The translations under genes and the position numbers were made by a program. A stretch of 64,000 bases of DNA from Thermodesulfobacteriota bacterium (lineage in GTDB: Bacteria; Desulfobacterota_D; UBA1144; Nemesobacterales; Nemesobacteraceae). Under the pieces are notes generated by a model. That model was not told where the DNA came from. It saw nothing but the letters and a program-made list of their open reading frames with translations, and did not search any database. This document shows, in pieces, positions 40,501 through 49,381 of this stretch (position 1 is the first letter of the stretch; each line of letters begins with the position of its first letter). The stretch lies in contig OZ252213.1 of assembly GCA_965249045.1 (NCBI GenBank), positions 799,971 to 863,970 on the forward strand, written 5' to 3'.

Positions 40501-41196
40501 TTTGACCTCTCCGCCCGCACAGACGCCCTGCTCGTAAGAACCTCTTCTGAGGGAACTTCGCAGATGGCAAAGACAGAAGCTGACGTAACCAGGCTTCGCC
40601 TTGTCCTTGAGGGTTCCCGGCCCCTCGCCTTTGCTTCTGGAAGCTCCCTTACCCCATCTGTTGAGCTTGGAGTGAGACGCGACGGAGGGGACGCGGAGAG
40701 CGGCATGGGTTTTGAAGTGGGAGGAGGGATGCGCTACGCAAACCCCTCCCTTGGACTCACAGTGGAGATTACGGCGCGCAGGCTTATGGCCCATGAGCGA
40801 AGCGGCTACTCTGAATGGGGAGCAGGGGGTTCCGTTCAGTTCGCTCCGGGGGGAGTGGAGAGGGGTTTCTCCGCGAAGCTCGGTTCATCTGTGGGAACGA
40901 CGGCAAGCGGGGTTGAGGGTCTTTGGGCAATGGGGGATACGCGGGGACTGGCCGGAGGCGCTCAGGCACCGGGACGCCTGGATGCGGAGGCGGGTTACGC
41001 GATGGGGGCGTTTGGGGACTCTGGAGTTATCACTCCTTACGGAGGGTTCTCCATGTCGGGAGACAGGAAATACAGGGCTGGATGGCGCCTGAGGCTTGGC
41101 GACTCTTTTAACCTCAGCCTCGAGGGCGACCGCACTGAGAACCCCGACGCCCCTTCCCGCCATGGAGTGGCGCTCCGCGGCGAACTTAGATGGTAG
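34510..41196 (+). CDS. Giant surface protein: Calx-beta/Ig-like repeats with C-terminal autotransporter-like beta-barrel
   Basis: Signal-peptide-like start at GTG 34510; Calx-beta motifs (TVDYATxDGTAxxGxDYT...TLTF); C-terminal amphipathic strands ending GELRW. Confidence 0.85.
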   Translation: MFQRLFQWLLCVALVAGLATAAVQDAAAQSPSLVLTPTSLEVPEAGSASYTVKLLTQPSADVMVSIGGTSGTDLSLNKTGLTFTTSNWNMAQTVTVSAVEDSDATDDSATLTHTASGGGYGTVSADLPVTVTDTTTMRLEAVVENVPEGESRPIRAMLPMTLDEDVTITVTVAPNGGRADEYELSANTTLTIASGTTESTGDVMFTSLDDFTYTGTRYFNATLTSDHPRVDADTEPFAVVDDDNTPTGWRVTPSTIFENGGETTLLAFKTGLHEGVVKMAVSLEPSDRATLSGTTLTFEPGAIYATETLTITAVDNAEDEPDQTITISATVTEGRGIRTPGPLALTIVDDDGMSPELALVLTPPRVREGLVSTVTAVASGPLDEEATITVSASPGHADTRTDDYVLSANTVLRIPKGGTRSTGTVTIGTVDSELSVGNRRRVVEVSGTVTGGGGVADPADQTLTVLEDDLRVVVFLMATPATIGEGEVSTITMRAVKPVPADVSVTVEQITEYDAAGLSANKVLTIAEGETESMGAVTLTAMDDTDMRNEVVALRGTPSPASQFVSTGRLVTQVYILDDDATSAYVVISPVPSRVTEGETSTINAYLSQPLSNEVTLTIGVDEADSNHTATSDEYALSANRTLTISAGQTRSTGEVTLMASNDEYWGPLSLRRVALAIESVAGIDRQDVLEHTDWTISEDEDQPRVTLEVTPASISENGGQSTVTARLNTKVASDVEVTISAAPAGTTESDDFTQTGTQLTILADAKASTGTVTISAVDDAVDGPDKKLVVTGTVDVVGMEESGLVWHPYAEGLTIRDDDETPEQPAAVLTYRFHVTNYSITRGSDVVGERKTGGYVGVLRDDDPDTLEGGETVESDTTFTLTWNGRSTDELHPDNPTSVTIKAGQRGARFSLKAAADDDDPKVYNQPVKADVVATLGALELRGQLVVCDDESLPVVSVSVPETVEEGDAFRVTATLAHRLDVDTSVPIVVENPSEMTLQGIDGPYPSIRIPAGEISGETGDIRKQNDGDPDGYGDLYVSVNGISPYQWWPSSNKVKVRVTDDESTDPEHRRYAGTPRIFTACTSATEGSGADTVTKMPITVFMYPTTRATVTVDYRTVDESAKSGVNYTSKSGTLTFGRHEKTKTIEVDILNDGVGVHTRFGLVLENPTGGEAEAQPHPATCVIYDEKPTLVTYDESAHESGDGTATDMTFTVSLSFADENATYTVDYATTDGTARAGSDYTATSGTLTFAPGESQKEVTVPVLDDEIQDSGETFSFILSNPTGGAQLHAWKSTRTGTILNTDPAAALTATFPESRFASASHSGSDDRPQVVVTFSEAVTGVSTDTPSVTVTGASIASVQAHTEEGLENAWMFFLNPDGDGDVTFTLVADAACASGGICTAGGTPLTQAPTVLTIPGPGGTDDASLSASFEKVPASHDGTATFTFEVEFSEAPDVGYQRMRDHAFTVAGGSVKNARRVVPPSNLEWEITVEPSGNDDVTITLKTTADCDASDAICTSGGTPLTAVPATLTIPGPDADDGNTDGSTDDATVTDLTASFGAMPSEHAGPGTEFVFQLTFSENPELSYITLRDHAFTVTGGEVRRAQRRQQGSNVAWNITVEPSPSGWGDIAISLPGGRACTSTGGVCMADNRQLSNSPSGTVQGPAALSVADANAQEGTDPTLDFEVTLSRAAGETVTVDYATSDGTATSGADYTATSDTLTFLPGETEKTVNVTVLNDTHDDGGETVTLKLSNPSGARIRDAEATGTIENSDPLPKAWLARFGRTVANHVVEAVRNRMSSVPEPSRRVTLGGKELRQPPSPEITEISPWDELVPEDQRPENLRSLRVREFLLSSSFELPLAQNATQNPGSGWTAWGGAAQTRFSGRDSEVSIDGDVTTATLGVDRAWNRLLAGLALARSTGDGSYNAGDIRGDLKSSITSAHPYLRFSLNDRLSVWTLLGYGKGELTLTHGGGEERTDIEMKMAALGARGALLASGGFDLSARTDALLVRTSSEGTSQMAKTEADVTRLRLVLEGSRPLAFASGSSLTPSVELGVRRDGGDAESGMGFEVGGGMRYANPSLGLTVEITARRLMAHERSGYSEWGAGGSVQFAPGGVERGFSAKLGSSVGTTASGVEGLWAMGDTRGLAGGAQAPGRLDAEAGYAMGAFGDSGVITPYGGFSMSGDRKYRAGWRLRLGDSFNLSLEGDRTENPDAPSRHGVALRGELRW
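38434..39480 (+). repeat. Three diverged ~100-aa repeats each ending in a Cys pair
   Basis: L(T/S)A(T/S)F...H-x-G...FSE...VxG...W...P...GD(V/I)...C-x4-6-C...G-x-x-L occurs three times (starts about 38434, 38788, 39169). Confidence 0.7.
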
Positions 41197-41489
41197 CGGA
41201 GCCCGGGCGTCTGAATACTTCCCCGGTGTCTTAAGAGGGTTCGGTGGGCCCGCGCGGGGTGCAGTCTTCGGCACCGATTTTCTAAAGGAGGTCTCCCGAG
41301 GCAAAAGCGGAGAACTCTCGTGATATGGATCCGGACGGATGACATATTATTAACACTGCTTCTCCTGAAACGCGGATCTTCGGATTCTTCCGTCCCCCGA
41401 CCGGGGAAAGATTGTATTTTGTAATTCCGGTATTATATAGACCGTAATCACCGCCCTTAGGTGGCTTGAAGCCAGCGGGCAACGCAGCG

Positions 41490-42824
41490 ATGTTTGAAGG
41501 AATCTCGAAAAAACTCGGCTCCACCCTCAAAAAGATAGGGGGGTACGGAAAGCTAAGCGAAAAGAACATAGAAGACGCGCTTCGAGAGGTGCGCCTGAGC
41601 CTTCTTGAAGCCGATGTCAATTTCAGGGTGGTCCGCCAGTTCACAGGGCTTGTCAAGGAAAGGGCGCTGGGTCAGGAAGTCGAGAGGAGCCTCAATCCGG
41701 GACAGCAGTTCATAAAAATAGTAAAAGAGGAGCTTGCAGGTATTCTGGGGCGGGAGAACGAACCTCTGAATCTTAACGTTTCTCCTCCCGTGATAATAAT
41801 GCTGGTCGGGCTTCAGGGTTCGGGAAAAACCACCACGGCATCGAAGCTTGCCAAGTTTCTTAAGGAACGCCATGGAAAAACTCCCCTGCTAGTTCCCGCG
41901 GACATCTACCGCCCCGCCGCGATAGAGCAGCTGAAAGTACTCGGGAAAAAAATAGACGTAGCCGTCTACGATACGGTTGCCGGGACGGACCCCGTGGATG
42001 TGTGCGCAGATGCGGTTTCAGGCTCGGCAAAACAAGGGGCGGACGCGGTGATCATAGACACTGCGGGACGTCTCCACCTCGACCGCGAGCTTATGGATGA
42101 GCTTGGGAACATAAAGAAGAAGATAAATCCCCATGAAATCCTCCTTGTTGCCGACTCGATGACGGGACAGGATGCCGTGAACGTTTCGCAGGGCTTCGAT
42201 GAAGCCGTTGACCTGGACGGCGTGATTCTCACCAAGATGGACGCGGACGCGAGAGGAGGGGCTGCGCTTTCGATAAAGGCTACCACTGGCAAACCGATCA
42301 AGTTTTTCGGAACGGGAGAGAAAGCCGACGCGCTTGAGGTCTTTCATCCCGAGAGGATAGCCTCGAGAATCCTGGGCATGGGGGACGTCCTAAGCCTGAT
42401 AGAGAAGGCAGAAGACGCTTTCGAGGAAGACCGAACGAGAAAACTTGCCGAAAGGATATCCAAAAAACAGTTCTCCCTTGAAGACTACAGGGAATCCATA
42501 GTAGCCATGAGCAAACTAGGCTCGATAGAAAACATAGCGCACATGGTTCCCGGCATGAAGAAGATCACCGATAACCCCGAAGCGATGGTAAAGGCCGAGG
42601 AGGAGATAAAAAAAAGCCTCGCAATAATCAACTCCATGACCTTCCCCGAGAGAAAGAACCACACTATTCTAAACGGCAGCCGCAGGAAGAGAATAGCGAA
42701 GGGAAGCGGGACTACGGTGCCTGACGTGAACCGCATGATAAAAAACTACATACAGATGAGAAGCATGATGAAAAACATGGGAAAAACGGGTAAACTAGCA
42801 AAGAGAATGATGAAGTTCAGATAG
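41490..42824 (+). CDS. ffh: Signal recognition particle protein
   Basis: [30 protein letters not shown]. Confidence 0.97.
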   Translation: MFEGISKKLGSTLKKIGGYGKLSEKNIEDALREVRLSLLEADVNFRVVRQFTGLVKERALGQEVERSLNPGQQFIKIVKEELAGILGRENEPLNLNVSPPVIIMLVGLQGSGKTTTASKLAKFLKERHGKTPLLVPADIYRPAAIEQLKVLGKKIDVAVYDTVAGTDPVDVCADAVSGSAKQGADAVIIDTAGRLHLDRELMDELGNIKKKINPHEILLVADSMTGQDAVNVSQGFDEAVDLDGVILTKMDADARGGAALSIKATTGKPIKFFGTGEKADALEVFHPERIASRILGMGDVLSLIEKAEDAFEEDRTRKLAERISKKQFSLEDYRESIVAMSKLGSIENIAHMVPGMKKITDNPEAMVKAEEEIKKSLAIINSMTFPERKNHTILNGSRRKRIAKGSGTTVPDVNRMIKNYIQMRSMMKNMGKTGKLAKRMMKFR

Positions 42825-42867
42825 TGGGAGCATATCTTTAATCCCGAATTCAGGAGGTAGTAGCAGT

Positions 42868-43101
42868 TTGGTCAAGATAAGATTGAGCAGGATCGGATCC
42901 AAGAATAGGCCGTTTTACAGGATAGTCGCCGCGGATGTTCGTTCCCCGCGCGATGGGAAGTTTCTTGAAATACTGGGACATTACGACCCGAGAAAAAAAC
43001 CCCACGAACTTAAGATAAACATAGAGAGAGTAAAAGCATGGATGGATAACGGTGCCAAGGCAACCAACAGGGTGAGCAAGCTCATGTCGCAGGTTACGTA
43101 G
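42868..43101 (+). CDS. rpsP: 30S ribosomal protein S16
   Basis: [20 protein letters not shown]. Confidence 0.97.
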   Translation: MVKIRLSRIGSKNRPFYRIVAADVRSPRDGKFLEILGHYDPRKKPHELKINIERVKAWMDNGAKATNRVSKLMSQVT

Positions 43102-43163
43102 CACATTTTCTTCCACGCGAGAATTTAGGCAGAAAGATTTTAGTTTCAGGAGGGATGCTCCTT

Positions 43164-43403
43164 ATGAGTCAACTCGGAGAGTTTGTCGAGTTCATGGCCA
43201 AATCCATTGTCGATAATCCCGAAGAGGTTAAGGTGACGGAAGTCGCGGGTGAGAAAACTATGGTTATTGAGCTTAGAGTGGCCCAAGAGGACTTGGGGAA
43301 GGTAATCGGAAAACAGGGAAGAACTGCAAAGGCGATTCGCAGCATATTGAGTGCCGCAGCCGCGAAGATGAAAAAACGCGCCGTTTTGGAGATTCTTGAG
43401 TAG
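43164..43403 (+). CDS. khpA: KH-domain RNA-binding protein KhpA/YlqC
   Basis: [17 protein letters not shown]; lies between rpsP and rimM. Confidence 0.92.
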   Translation: MSQLGEFVEFMAKSIVDNPEEVKVTEVAGEKTMVIELRVAQEDLGKVIGKQGRTAKAIRSILSAAAAKMKKRAVLEILE

Positions 43404-43405
43404 CA

Positions 43406-43933
43406 TTGCCGGAAAACGCGAAACAAAGTCTTGTCCTCTACGGAAAGATAACAAAAAGACACGGCCTCTATGGTGAAGTGAAAATGTTTGCCTTCGGCGG
43501 ACGCCCAGAAAACCTCTCCGGGGTAAAAGAAGTCTATATAGAAGTTCCCGACCGGACAGAACCCCGAAGATTCAACCTGTCCCGGATAAAATTCCAGAAA
43601 AAAACCGCGATTTTGAAATTAAAGGGCATCGATACCCCCGAGGCCGCAGACGGACTGAGGGATCTCCACGTACTGATTGAAAGAGACAATCTGCAGTCCC
43701 CGGGAGAAGATGAGTATTTCTGGTCTGATCTCATCGGGCTTCAGGTCCGTACCACCTGCGGGGACAATGTCGGAGAGGTAAAGGACCTTATCGATTCGGG
43801 TGGACACGATATTCTCGTGATAAAAAGCACGAGGCGGGAATTCCTGGTACCATTCGTCAAAAAATTCGTGACCGCGGTGGATCTTGACGGTTCAGTGATT
43901 ACCGTGGAACCGGTAGAAGGGCTCCTTGATTAG
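43406..43933 (+). CDS. rimM: Ribosome maturation factor RimM
   Basis: HGLYGEVK, EYFWSDLIGL, LVPFV. Confidence 0.93.
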   Translation: MPENAKQSLVLYGKITKRHGLYGEVKMFAFGGRPENLSGVKEVYIEVPDRTEPRRFNLSRIKFQKKTAILKLKGIDTPEAADGLRDLHVLIERDNLQSPGEDEYFWSDLIGLQVRTTCGDNVGEVKDLIDSGGHDILVIKSTRREFLVPFVKKFVTAVDLDGSVITVEPVEGLLD

Positions 43934-43948
43934 CCTCGTGATGCTGCG

Positions 43949-45247
43949 ATGAAGTTTGATATAGTAACAATCTTCCCTGATTTCTTTGATTCCATTTTCT
44001 CGTTCGGAGTGATAAGCAGGGCCGTTGAGAACAAGACGGTGGAGATAAACGTCCACGATCTTAGAAGCTATTCAGGCGCGAAGCACGGAAAAACTGATGA
44101 CACCCCATACGGCGGGGGAAGCGGAATGCTTATGACCCCGGAACCTATAGGAAACGCCATCGACCGGATAAGGGAAAAAGGACTTCGCTCCGCCGTAATT
44201 CTCACGACCCCCAAGGGAGAGGAATTTGACGACCGCAAAGCGCAGGAGCTCTGCGGGTTTGAACAGCTGATAATCCTCTGCGGCCGGTACGAAGGGGTGG
44301 ACGACAGGGTGAACGAACTTTACGTCGACATGAAGATATCAACCGGGAAATACATAAATTCCGGGGGAGAATACGCCTGCTCGCTTATAGTGGACGCCGT
44401 ATCGAGATACCTTCCCGGGGTTCTCGGAAACACGGAGTCTCTTGCTTCTGAATCTCTTAAAAACGGGCTTCTTGAGTATCCTCAGTACACAAAGCCGCGA
44501 ACTTACAGGGGAAAGAAGGTTCCCGAGGTGCTTCTTTCGGGAGACCATGGAGAGATAAGGAAATGGAAGAGGCGGGAGAGCATAAAAAGCACTTTCATCC
44601 AGAATCCGGCTTTTCTTGACGACGCGCAGCTCTCCGGGGAGGAGGATGACTTTCTAAAGGAGCTTAAAGCCGAGAATCCTCCCGGTTTTAAGGTTTATAT
44701 AGCGTTGGTTCATTATCCGGCCTACAACAGCCGCCTTGAAGTCGTCTCGACTGCATTTAAGAGCATAGACGCACACGACGTATCCAGAGACGCCACTACT
44801 TACGGAGTGAGAAAACTTTATCTTATAAATCCCGTGGAGGAACAGCGCCGCCTAGCGGGGAGACTTGTTGATCACTGGACCGAGGGAGCGGGAAAAAATT
44901 TTAACGAGACTAAAAGCAAAGCTTTTGGCATTATAAGCATAATGAGCACAATCGAGGAGACCGTGGGGCAGATAGAGGAAATTGAGGGAAAAAAGCCGAA
45001 GATGGTGGTTACAGACGCCCGCTTTTCAAACGACATGACTGGCTACAGGGTGCTTCGGGAAAAAATATTCGAAAACACGGATCCTTTTCTGATTCTTTTC
45101 GGTACGGGGTCGGGACTCACGCGTGAAACGATAGAAGTGGCCGACTATGTGCTCAAACCCGTAAGCGGTTACACTGGATTCAATCATCTTTCAGTAAGAA
45201 GCGCGGCCGCCATAGTGCTTGACAGGCTGCTTTCCTGCGGAGCCTGA
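43949..45247 (+). CDS. trmD: tRNA (guanine37-N1) methyltransferase TrmD fused to a second SPOUT-like domain (DUF2168-type)
   Basis: DDTPYGGG, CGRYEGVD, LLEYPQYT; C-terminal ALVHYP...FNHLSVRSAAAIVLDRL. Confidence 0.9.
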   Translation: MKFDIVTIFPDFFDSIFSFGVISRAVENKTVEINVHDLRSYSGAKHGKTDDTPYGGGSGMLMTPEPIGNAIDRIREKGLRSAVILTTPKGEEFDDRKAQELCGFEQLIILCGRYEGVDDRVNELYVDMKISTGKYINSGGEYACSLIVDAVSRYLPGVLGNTESLASESLKNGLLEYPQYTKPRTYRGKKVPEVLLSGDHGEIRKWKRRESIKSTFIQNPAFLDDAQLSGEEDDFLKELKAENPPGFKVYIALVHYPAYNSRLEVVSTAFKSIDAHDVSRDATTYGVRKLYLINPVEEQRRLAGRLVDHWTEGAGKNFNETKSKAFGIISIMSTIEETVGQIEEIEGKKPKMVVTDARFSNDMTGYRVLREKIFENTDPFLILFGTGSGLTRETIEVADYVLKPVSGYTGFNHLSVRSAAAIVLDRLLSCGA

Positions 45248-45371
45248 CTAGGTGGGATGGACGCTTCGGGAAATCTCCGGGAGCGGCTGAAAAAAAAGCT
45301 CTTTTAATATTTTGACAACACCGTAGAGGTTCTGTATATTCAACATCCCGCGAAAAGGAAGATTGAAAAAA

Positions 45372-45716
45372 ATGGGAATTATAGCAGAAGTTGAAAAAAA
45401 ACACCTGAGAACCGACCTGCCGGAATTTCGGGCCGGGGACACGGTATCGGTCCACTACAACATTAAGGAAGGCGAAAGGAGAAGGATCCAGGTTTTTGAA
45501 GGCACCGTGATAGCCAGAAAAGGCTCGGGCTTCAGGGAAACTTTCACGGTAAGAAAGGTTTCCTACGGTATCGGCGTCGAGAGAATCTTCCCCGTACACT
45601 CCCCGCTTATAGGGAAAATAGAGGTAAAAAGAAAAGGCCGCGTGAGAAGGGCCAAGCTTTACTACCTAAGAGGCCTTTCAAAGAAAGCCAGCAGGATAAG
45701 GGAGAGAAGCTCCTAG
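45372..45716 (+). CDS. rplS: 50S ribosomal protein L19
   Basis: [27 protein letters not shown]. Confidence 0.97.
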   Translation: MGIIAEVEKKHLRTDLPEFRAGDTVSVHYNIKEGERRRIQVFEGTVIARKGSGFRETFTVRKVSYGIGVERIFPVHSPLIGKIEVKRKGRVRRAKLYYLRGLSKKASRIRERSS

Positions 45717-46453
45717 TCTGTGGCCCCGGTTCCGTCCGTCCCACCGTCTCCCGCTTCGTCTATCTTCTTCATTACATGAGCCATCCTCTGGATCGATGTG
45801 TAAAAGGAGAAGAGAAACAGAATGATGACCGAGAGTTTCAGAAGGTAATCCCTGTTTCCGAACCCGAGAAAAAAAGTAACTATGTTGCCGAGGAAGTTAA
45901 ACGCCGCGAGAACCCCGAGGTAGGCTACCCTCTCGGTTCTCTGCATTATCCCTACCTCGCAGTCGATTCCAAGCCCCTCTGCCCTGGCTTTTGTGTAGCT
46001 GACCATCATGGAACAGCTGACTATCAGGAAAACTATGTAAACGAAAAAAGTGTCTCTGAAAAAGCTCAGAAGACCCATGTAGATAAGAACTTCCGAATAT
46101 CTGTCCACGCAGGAGTCAAAGAAAGCTCCCTTGGGTGAATTGAGACCTTGTGCGCGTGCCACCCTGCCGTCGAAAATGTCAAAGGTCGAACCGGCCAGCA
46201 GCAGCACCCCTGCTATGAAGATCATGCCCAGATGGAAAAAGTAGCCGGCGAGCGCGGAAACCAGCAGCGTGGTAATAGTAAGTACGTTGGGGCGGAACTT
46301 CCTGTCTATGAGAAAGTCCTCTACGGGGCTCATGAGAAAGACCCACCAGGACTTGATCCCGCCCGAAAGAAGCTTGGAAGAGTCCGGTTTTCTCCCGGTC
46401 TTCGATCTCTCGTCGGTTTCTTCGGAGTTAGCGGATATCCGTTCGTTTTCCAT
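45713..46453 (-). CDS. CDP-alcohol phosphatidyltransferase
   Basis: DIFDGRVAR...[10 protein letters not shown] signature; SYTKARAE. Confidence 0.9.
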   Translation of the reverse strand: MENERISANSEETDERSKTGRKPDSSKLLSGGIKSWWVFLMSPVEDFLIDRKFRPNVLTITTLLVSALAGYFFHLGMIFIAGVLLLAGSTFDIFDGRVARAQGLNSPKGAFFDSCVDRYSEVLIYMGLLSFFRDTFFVYIVFLIVSCSMMVSYTKARAEGLGIDCEVGIMQRTERVAYLGVLAAFNFLGNIVTFFLGFGNRDYLLKLSVIILFLFSFYTSIQRMAHVMKKIDEAGDGGTDGTGATD

Positions 46454-46527
46454 GGGAAAAAATAATAACCTGTAATCTCCCCTGTAGTCTATCTGCGGGC
46501 AGACAGTATATACCCGCCCTCCGCCGA

Positions 46528-47064
46528 TCAGTCATTGAGAGTTACGTAAAACTTGAAGTCTCTTTCTTTCTCCTTTATCTCGCTTCCGTATTCCCGCGCC
46601 TGCTCCTTGGATTGAAAGGTTCCTATCCTCACCCTGTAGAAAGTGGTGATTTCAGAAGGCGAGTACTCTCTTATAAAAGCTGGATACCCTTTGTCTTTGT
46701 AAAACTTTACCGTGCGGTTGGCGACTTTCTTGCTAAGGAAGGAGCTGATCTGAATAGTGTATTTGTGATCGGGGTTGATCATCGCCGACAGGTACTTGTC
46801 ACGAGTGGATATTCTATCCGAAGAAGATTCGTCCGTGGATGCGGCCGGGTTTTCCTCTTCGCCGCTCGGGGATTCCCCTCGCGGTACAAACGAAAACAGT
46901 TTTTCCAGCAGACCGGGAGATTTCTCCGCCGAAGCGGGCTCGTCTGTGGGTATGAATTTCTTCCCCACTACAACTCCCAGAGAAAACACCATTGTGAAAA
47001 CAACGAGAAAAACTAGGGACAGATGCAGCACCCGAGGATTTTTTTCTTTTCTTTCTTCAGTCAT
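46528..47064 (-). CDS. SPOR-domain membrane protein (FtsN-like)
   Basis: TM segment, YTIQISSF, YRVRIGTF; follows argS. Confidence 0.85.
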   Translation of the reverse strand: MTEERKEKNPRVLHLSLVFLVVFTMVFSLGVVVGKKFIPTDEPASAEKSPGLLEKLFSFVPRGESPSGEEENPAASTDESSSDRISTRDKYLSAMINPDHKYTIQISSFLSKKVANRTVKFYKDKGYPAFIREYSPSEITTFYRVRIGTFQSKEQAREYGSEIKEKERDFKFYVTLND

Positions 47065-47066
47065 TT

Positions 47067-48740
47067 TTACATGCTCCGGGGAGCGGTTATTCCGAGAAGC
47101 CCGAGACCGTTTTCTATAACTACCTGTACGCAGCGGGCCAAGTAAAGCCTCGCGGAAGCCTTATCGGCGTTCTCTGAGTCCAGTATCCTTGTTTTATTGT
47201 AATAAAAATGAAACTCAGCCGCCAATTCCTGAAGATAATAGACTACCTTATGCGGAGAAAGCGACTCGGCCGCGGAGGGGACGATCTCAGGGAATCTGAG
47301 AAGTCTTTTCACTATGCTTCGTTCCTCATCCTCTGAGAGCAGGTCAAGATGTTTTTCCGAAGCGCTCACTCCCGCTTCCGCCGAGTTTCTTAGCAGGCTT
47401 GAAATCCTCGCGTTTGCGTACTGAACGTAGTAAACGGGATTTTCGCTTGACTCTTTTTTCGCCAGGGAAAGATCGAAATCAAGGTGACTGTCCGAGCTTC
47501 TCATCAGCAGAAAGAATCTCGCGGCGTCACACCCGACTTCGCGCAGCACTTCGCGAAGCGTAACGTAATCTCCCGTTCTTTTCGACATCGGAATTTCCTC
47601 GCCGTCCCTTACGAGCCTCACGAACTGTATAAGAAGTACCTGCAGAGAAGATTCATCCAGGCCAAGGGCCTTCATGGATGACTTAAGGCGCGAGACGTGA
47701 CTGTGGTGGTCGGCCCCCCAGACGTTTATCAGCCTGGAAAAGCCCCTTGAGTATTTATCCACGTGGTAAGCTATGTCGGAGAGAAAATAAGTAGGGGTGC
47801 CGTCTGTTTTTATTATTACCCAGTCCTTGCCGTCCCCGTACAGGGAAGCCTTGAACCAAAGCGCCTGCTCTTTTTTCTCGACTGCGTCAAGATTTTCAAG
47901 TCTGGCGAGAGTTTCGGCAATTTTTTCTTTCCCTGAGTCGCGGCCATGTATTTCGGTTCTCTCGCTGTACCAGTTGTCAAAATCCACCCTCAGGTCCAGA
48001 AGGTCAGCTTTTATTTCCTCAAGCAGTTCTGAGTAGGCAAACTCTTTGCAAAACTCGATAGCGGCTGATTCATCCCCGGGCACTTGCGGACATCTCTCCG
48101 ATTTCTTTATTTCCCCGGCGAGTTCAGAGATGTATTCTCCGTGATACCCGTCTTCTGGAAGCTCTTTTGTGAGTCCGTACAAGTGTGCGAGGGCCGAGTA
48201 TACGGACTCGCCGAGCATATCCATCTGCCTGCCCGCATCGTTTACGTAAAATTCCCTGGTCACCTCATATCCGCAAAAGGAAAGCATTCTGGACACCGAA
48301 TCTCCGACAACGGCGTTTCGCGCGTGACCGAAATGAAGGTAACCCGTAGGATTGGCGCTTACGAACTCAACCATTACCTTCTGTCCGGAACCCTCGCGGG
48401 AAGCTCCGTATCGGTCGCCCAGACGAAGAATTTCCCGAAGTCCGGATCCGAACAGAGTCTCGTTAACGAAAAAATTGATAAATCCCGGCCCGGCGATATC
48501 AAGCCTTTCTATGAAGTCGCACTGGCGCTGCTCTATGGCCTCTACTATGCTTTGCGCGACTTCGCGCGGATTCGTGCCCGTCATGCTTCCTATAACAAGC
48601 GCCGCGTTTGTGGAGAAATCGCCGAATTCCTTTTTTTTCGGAACCGACACCTCAAACTCCGCCTTGTCCCCCGTCGGGATTCCGGGAAACGCAAGCGAAT
48701 CCACGGACTCTTTTATTACTTTCAGTATTTCGTCCTTCAT
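47067..48740 (-). CDS. argS: Arginine--tRNA ligase
   Basis: VEFVSANPTGYLHFGH, MSKRTG, YVQYANAR. Confidence 0.97.
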   Translation of the reverse strand: MKDEILKVIKESVDSLAFPGIPTGDKAEFEVSVPKKKEFGDFSTNAALVIGSMTGTNPREVAQSIVEAIEQRQCDFIERLDIAGPGFINFFVNETLFGSGLREILRLGDRYGASREGSGQKVMVEFVSANPTGYLHFGHARNAVVGDSVSRMLSFCGYEVTREFYVNDAGRQMDMLGESVYSALAHLYGLTKELPEDGYHGEYISELAGEIKKSERCPQVPGDESAAIEFCKEFAYSELLEEIKADLLDLRVDFDNWYSERTEIHGRDSGKEKIAETLARLENLDAVEKKEQALWFKASLYGDGKDWVIIKTDGTPTYFLSDIAYHVDKYSRGFSRLINVWGADHHSHVSRLKSSMKALGLDESSLQVLLIQFVRLVRDGEEIPMSKRTGDYVTLREVLREVGCDAARFFLLMRSSDSHLDFDLSLAKKESSENPVYYVQYANARISSLLRNSAEAGVSASEKHLDLLSEDEERSIVKRLLRFPEIVPSAAESLSPHKVVYYLQELAAEFHFYYNKTRILDSENADKASARLYLARCVQVVIENGLGLLGITAPRSM

Positions 48741-49381
48741 GAATTTTCGTGGCCTGTCTTATCGCCGGGAGGGCCCAAGTGATCAATATTGTTAAAGGAT
48801 ATTATAATGAATCTGTCGTCACATATCTCAACAACGCTTTTTGAGGCTTCATCCACCATGTAATCGCGGAATTCCTTGAGCGAACTTCCGGCAAATCTGC
48901 AAAGCAGGATCCCTATAACCAGATTGTGGCTTACGATCACTATGTTCTGCGACCCGAAGCAACTTCTGATATCCGCGACGGCATCAAGCGCCCTTTGCTG
49001 AACGCCGCTTAGGGTCTCTCCCCCGGGCAGCTGCAGGGTTTCTGGGTCTCTGCGCCAGTGCTCAAGTACGTCAGAATATTTCTCCCTTATGTAGGAGAAA
49101 TCAAGCCCTTCAAAAACTCCCTGGTCCATCTCCCGGAGATCATCCCTGATATTAAGGTCAAGGGAGTGATACGCGGCGATTTTCTCCGCCGTAGTCTTTG
49201 CCCTTATGAGATCGCTTGAGTATATGCGGTCGATCCTCTCGTCTTTAAGAGAGAAAGCCACTTTTTCCGCCTGCTCAATTCCGCCACTGTTGAGCGGAAC
49301 ATCGCTTACTCCCTGGCATCTTCCGATTTCGTTCCAGTCCGTTTTTCCGTGTCTTACGAATATCAGGCGCATACGGATCAC
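48737..49381 (-). CDS. Histidine phosphatase family protein
   Basis: RHG, SSDLIRA, LREMDQG, VSH. Confidence 0.88.
   Translation of the reverse strand: MIRMRLIFVRHGKTDWNEIGRCQGVSDVPLNSGGIEQAEKVAFSLKDERIDRIYSSDLIRAKTTAEKIAAYHSLDLNIRDDLREMDQGVFEGLDFSYIREKYSDVLEHWRRDPETLQLPGGETLSGVQQRALDAVADIRSCFGSQNIVIVSHNLVIGILLCRFAGSSLKEFRDYMVDEASKSVVEICDDRFIIISFNNIDHLGPPGDKTGHENS

Noticed and set aside
33323-41196. Diversity-generating retroelement (RT start next to a repeat-rich surface gene)
   Set aside because: The RT is only a ~30-aa intron-type stub, and no near-identical TR/VR pair with adenine-specific mismatches was seen.
41197-41489. SRP RNA (ffs) upstream of ffh
   Set aside because: The conserved TCAGG-GNRA-AGCAG domain IV motif was not found.
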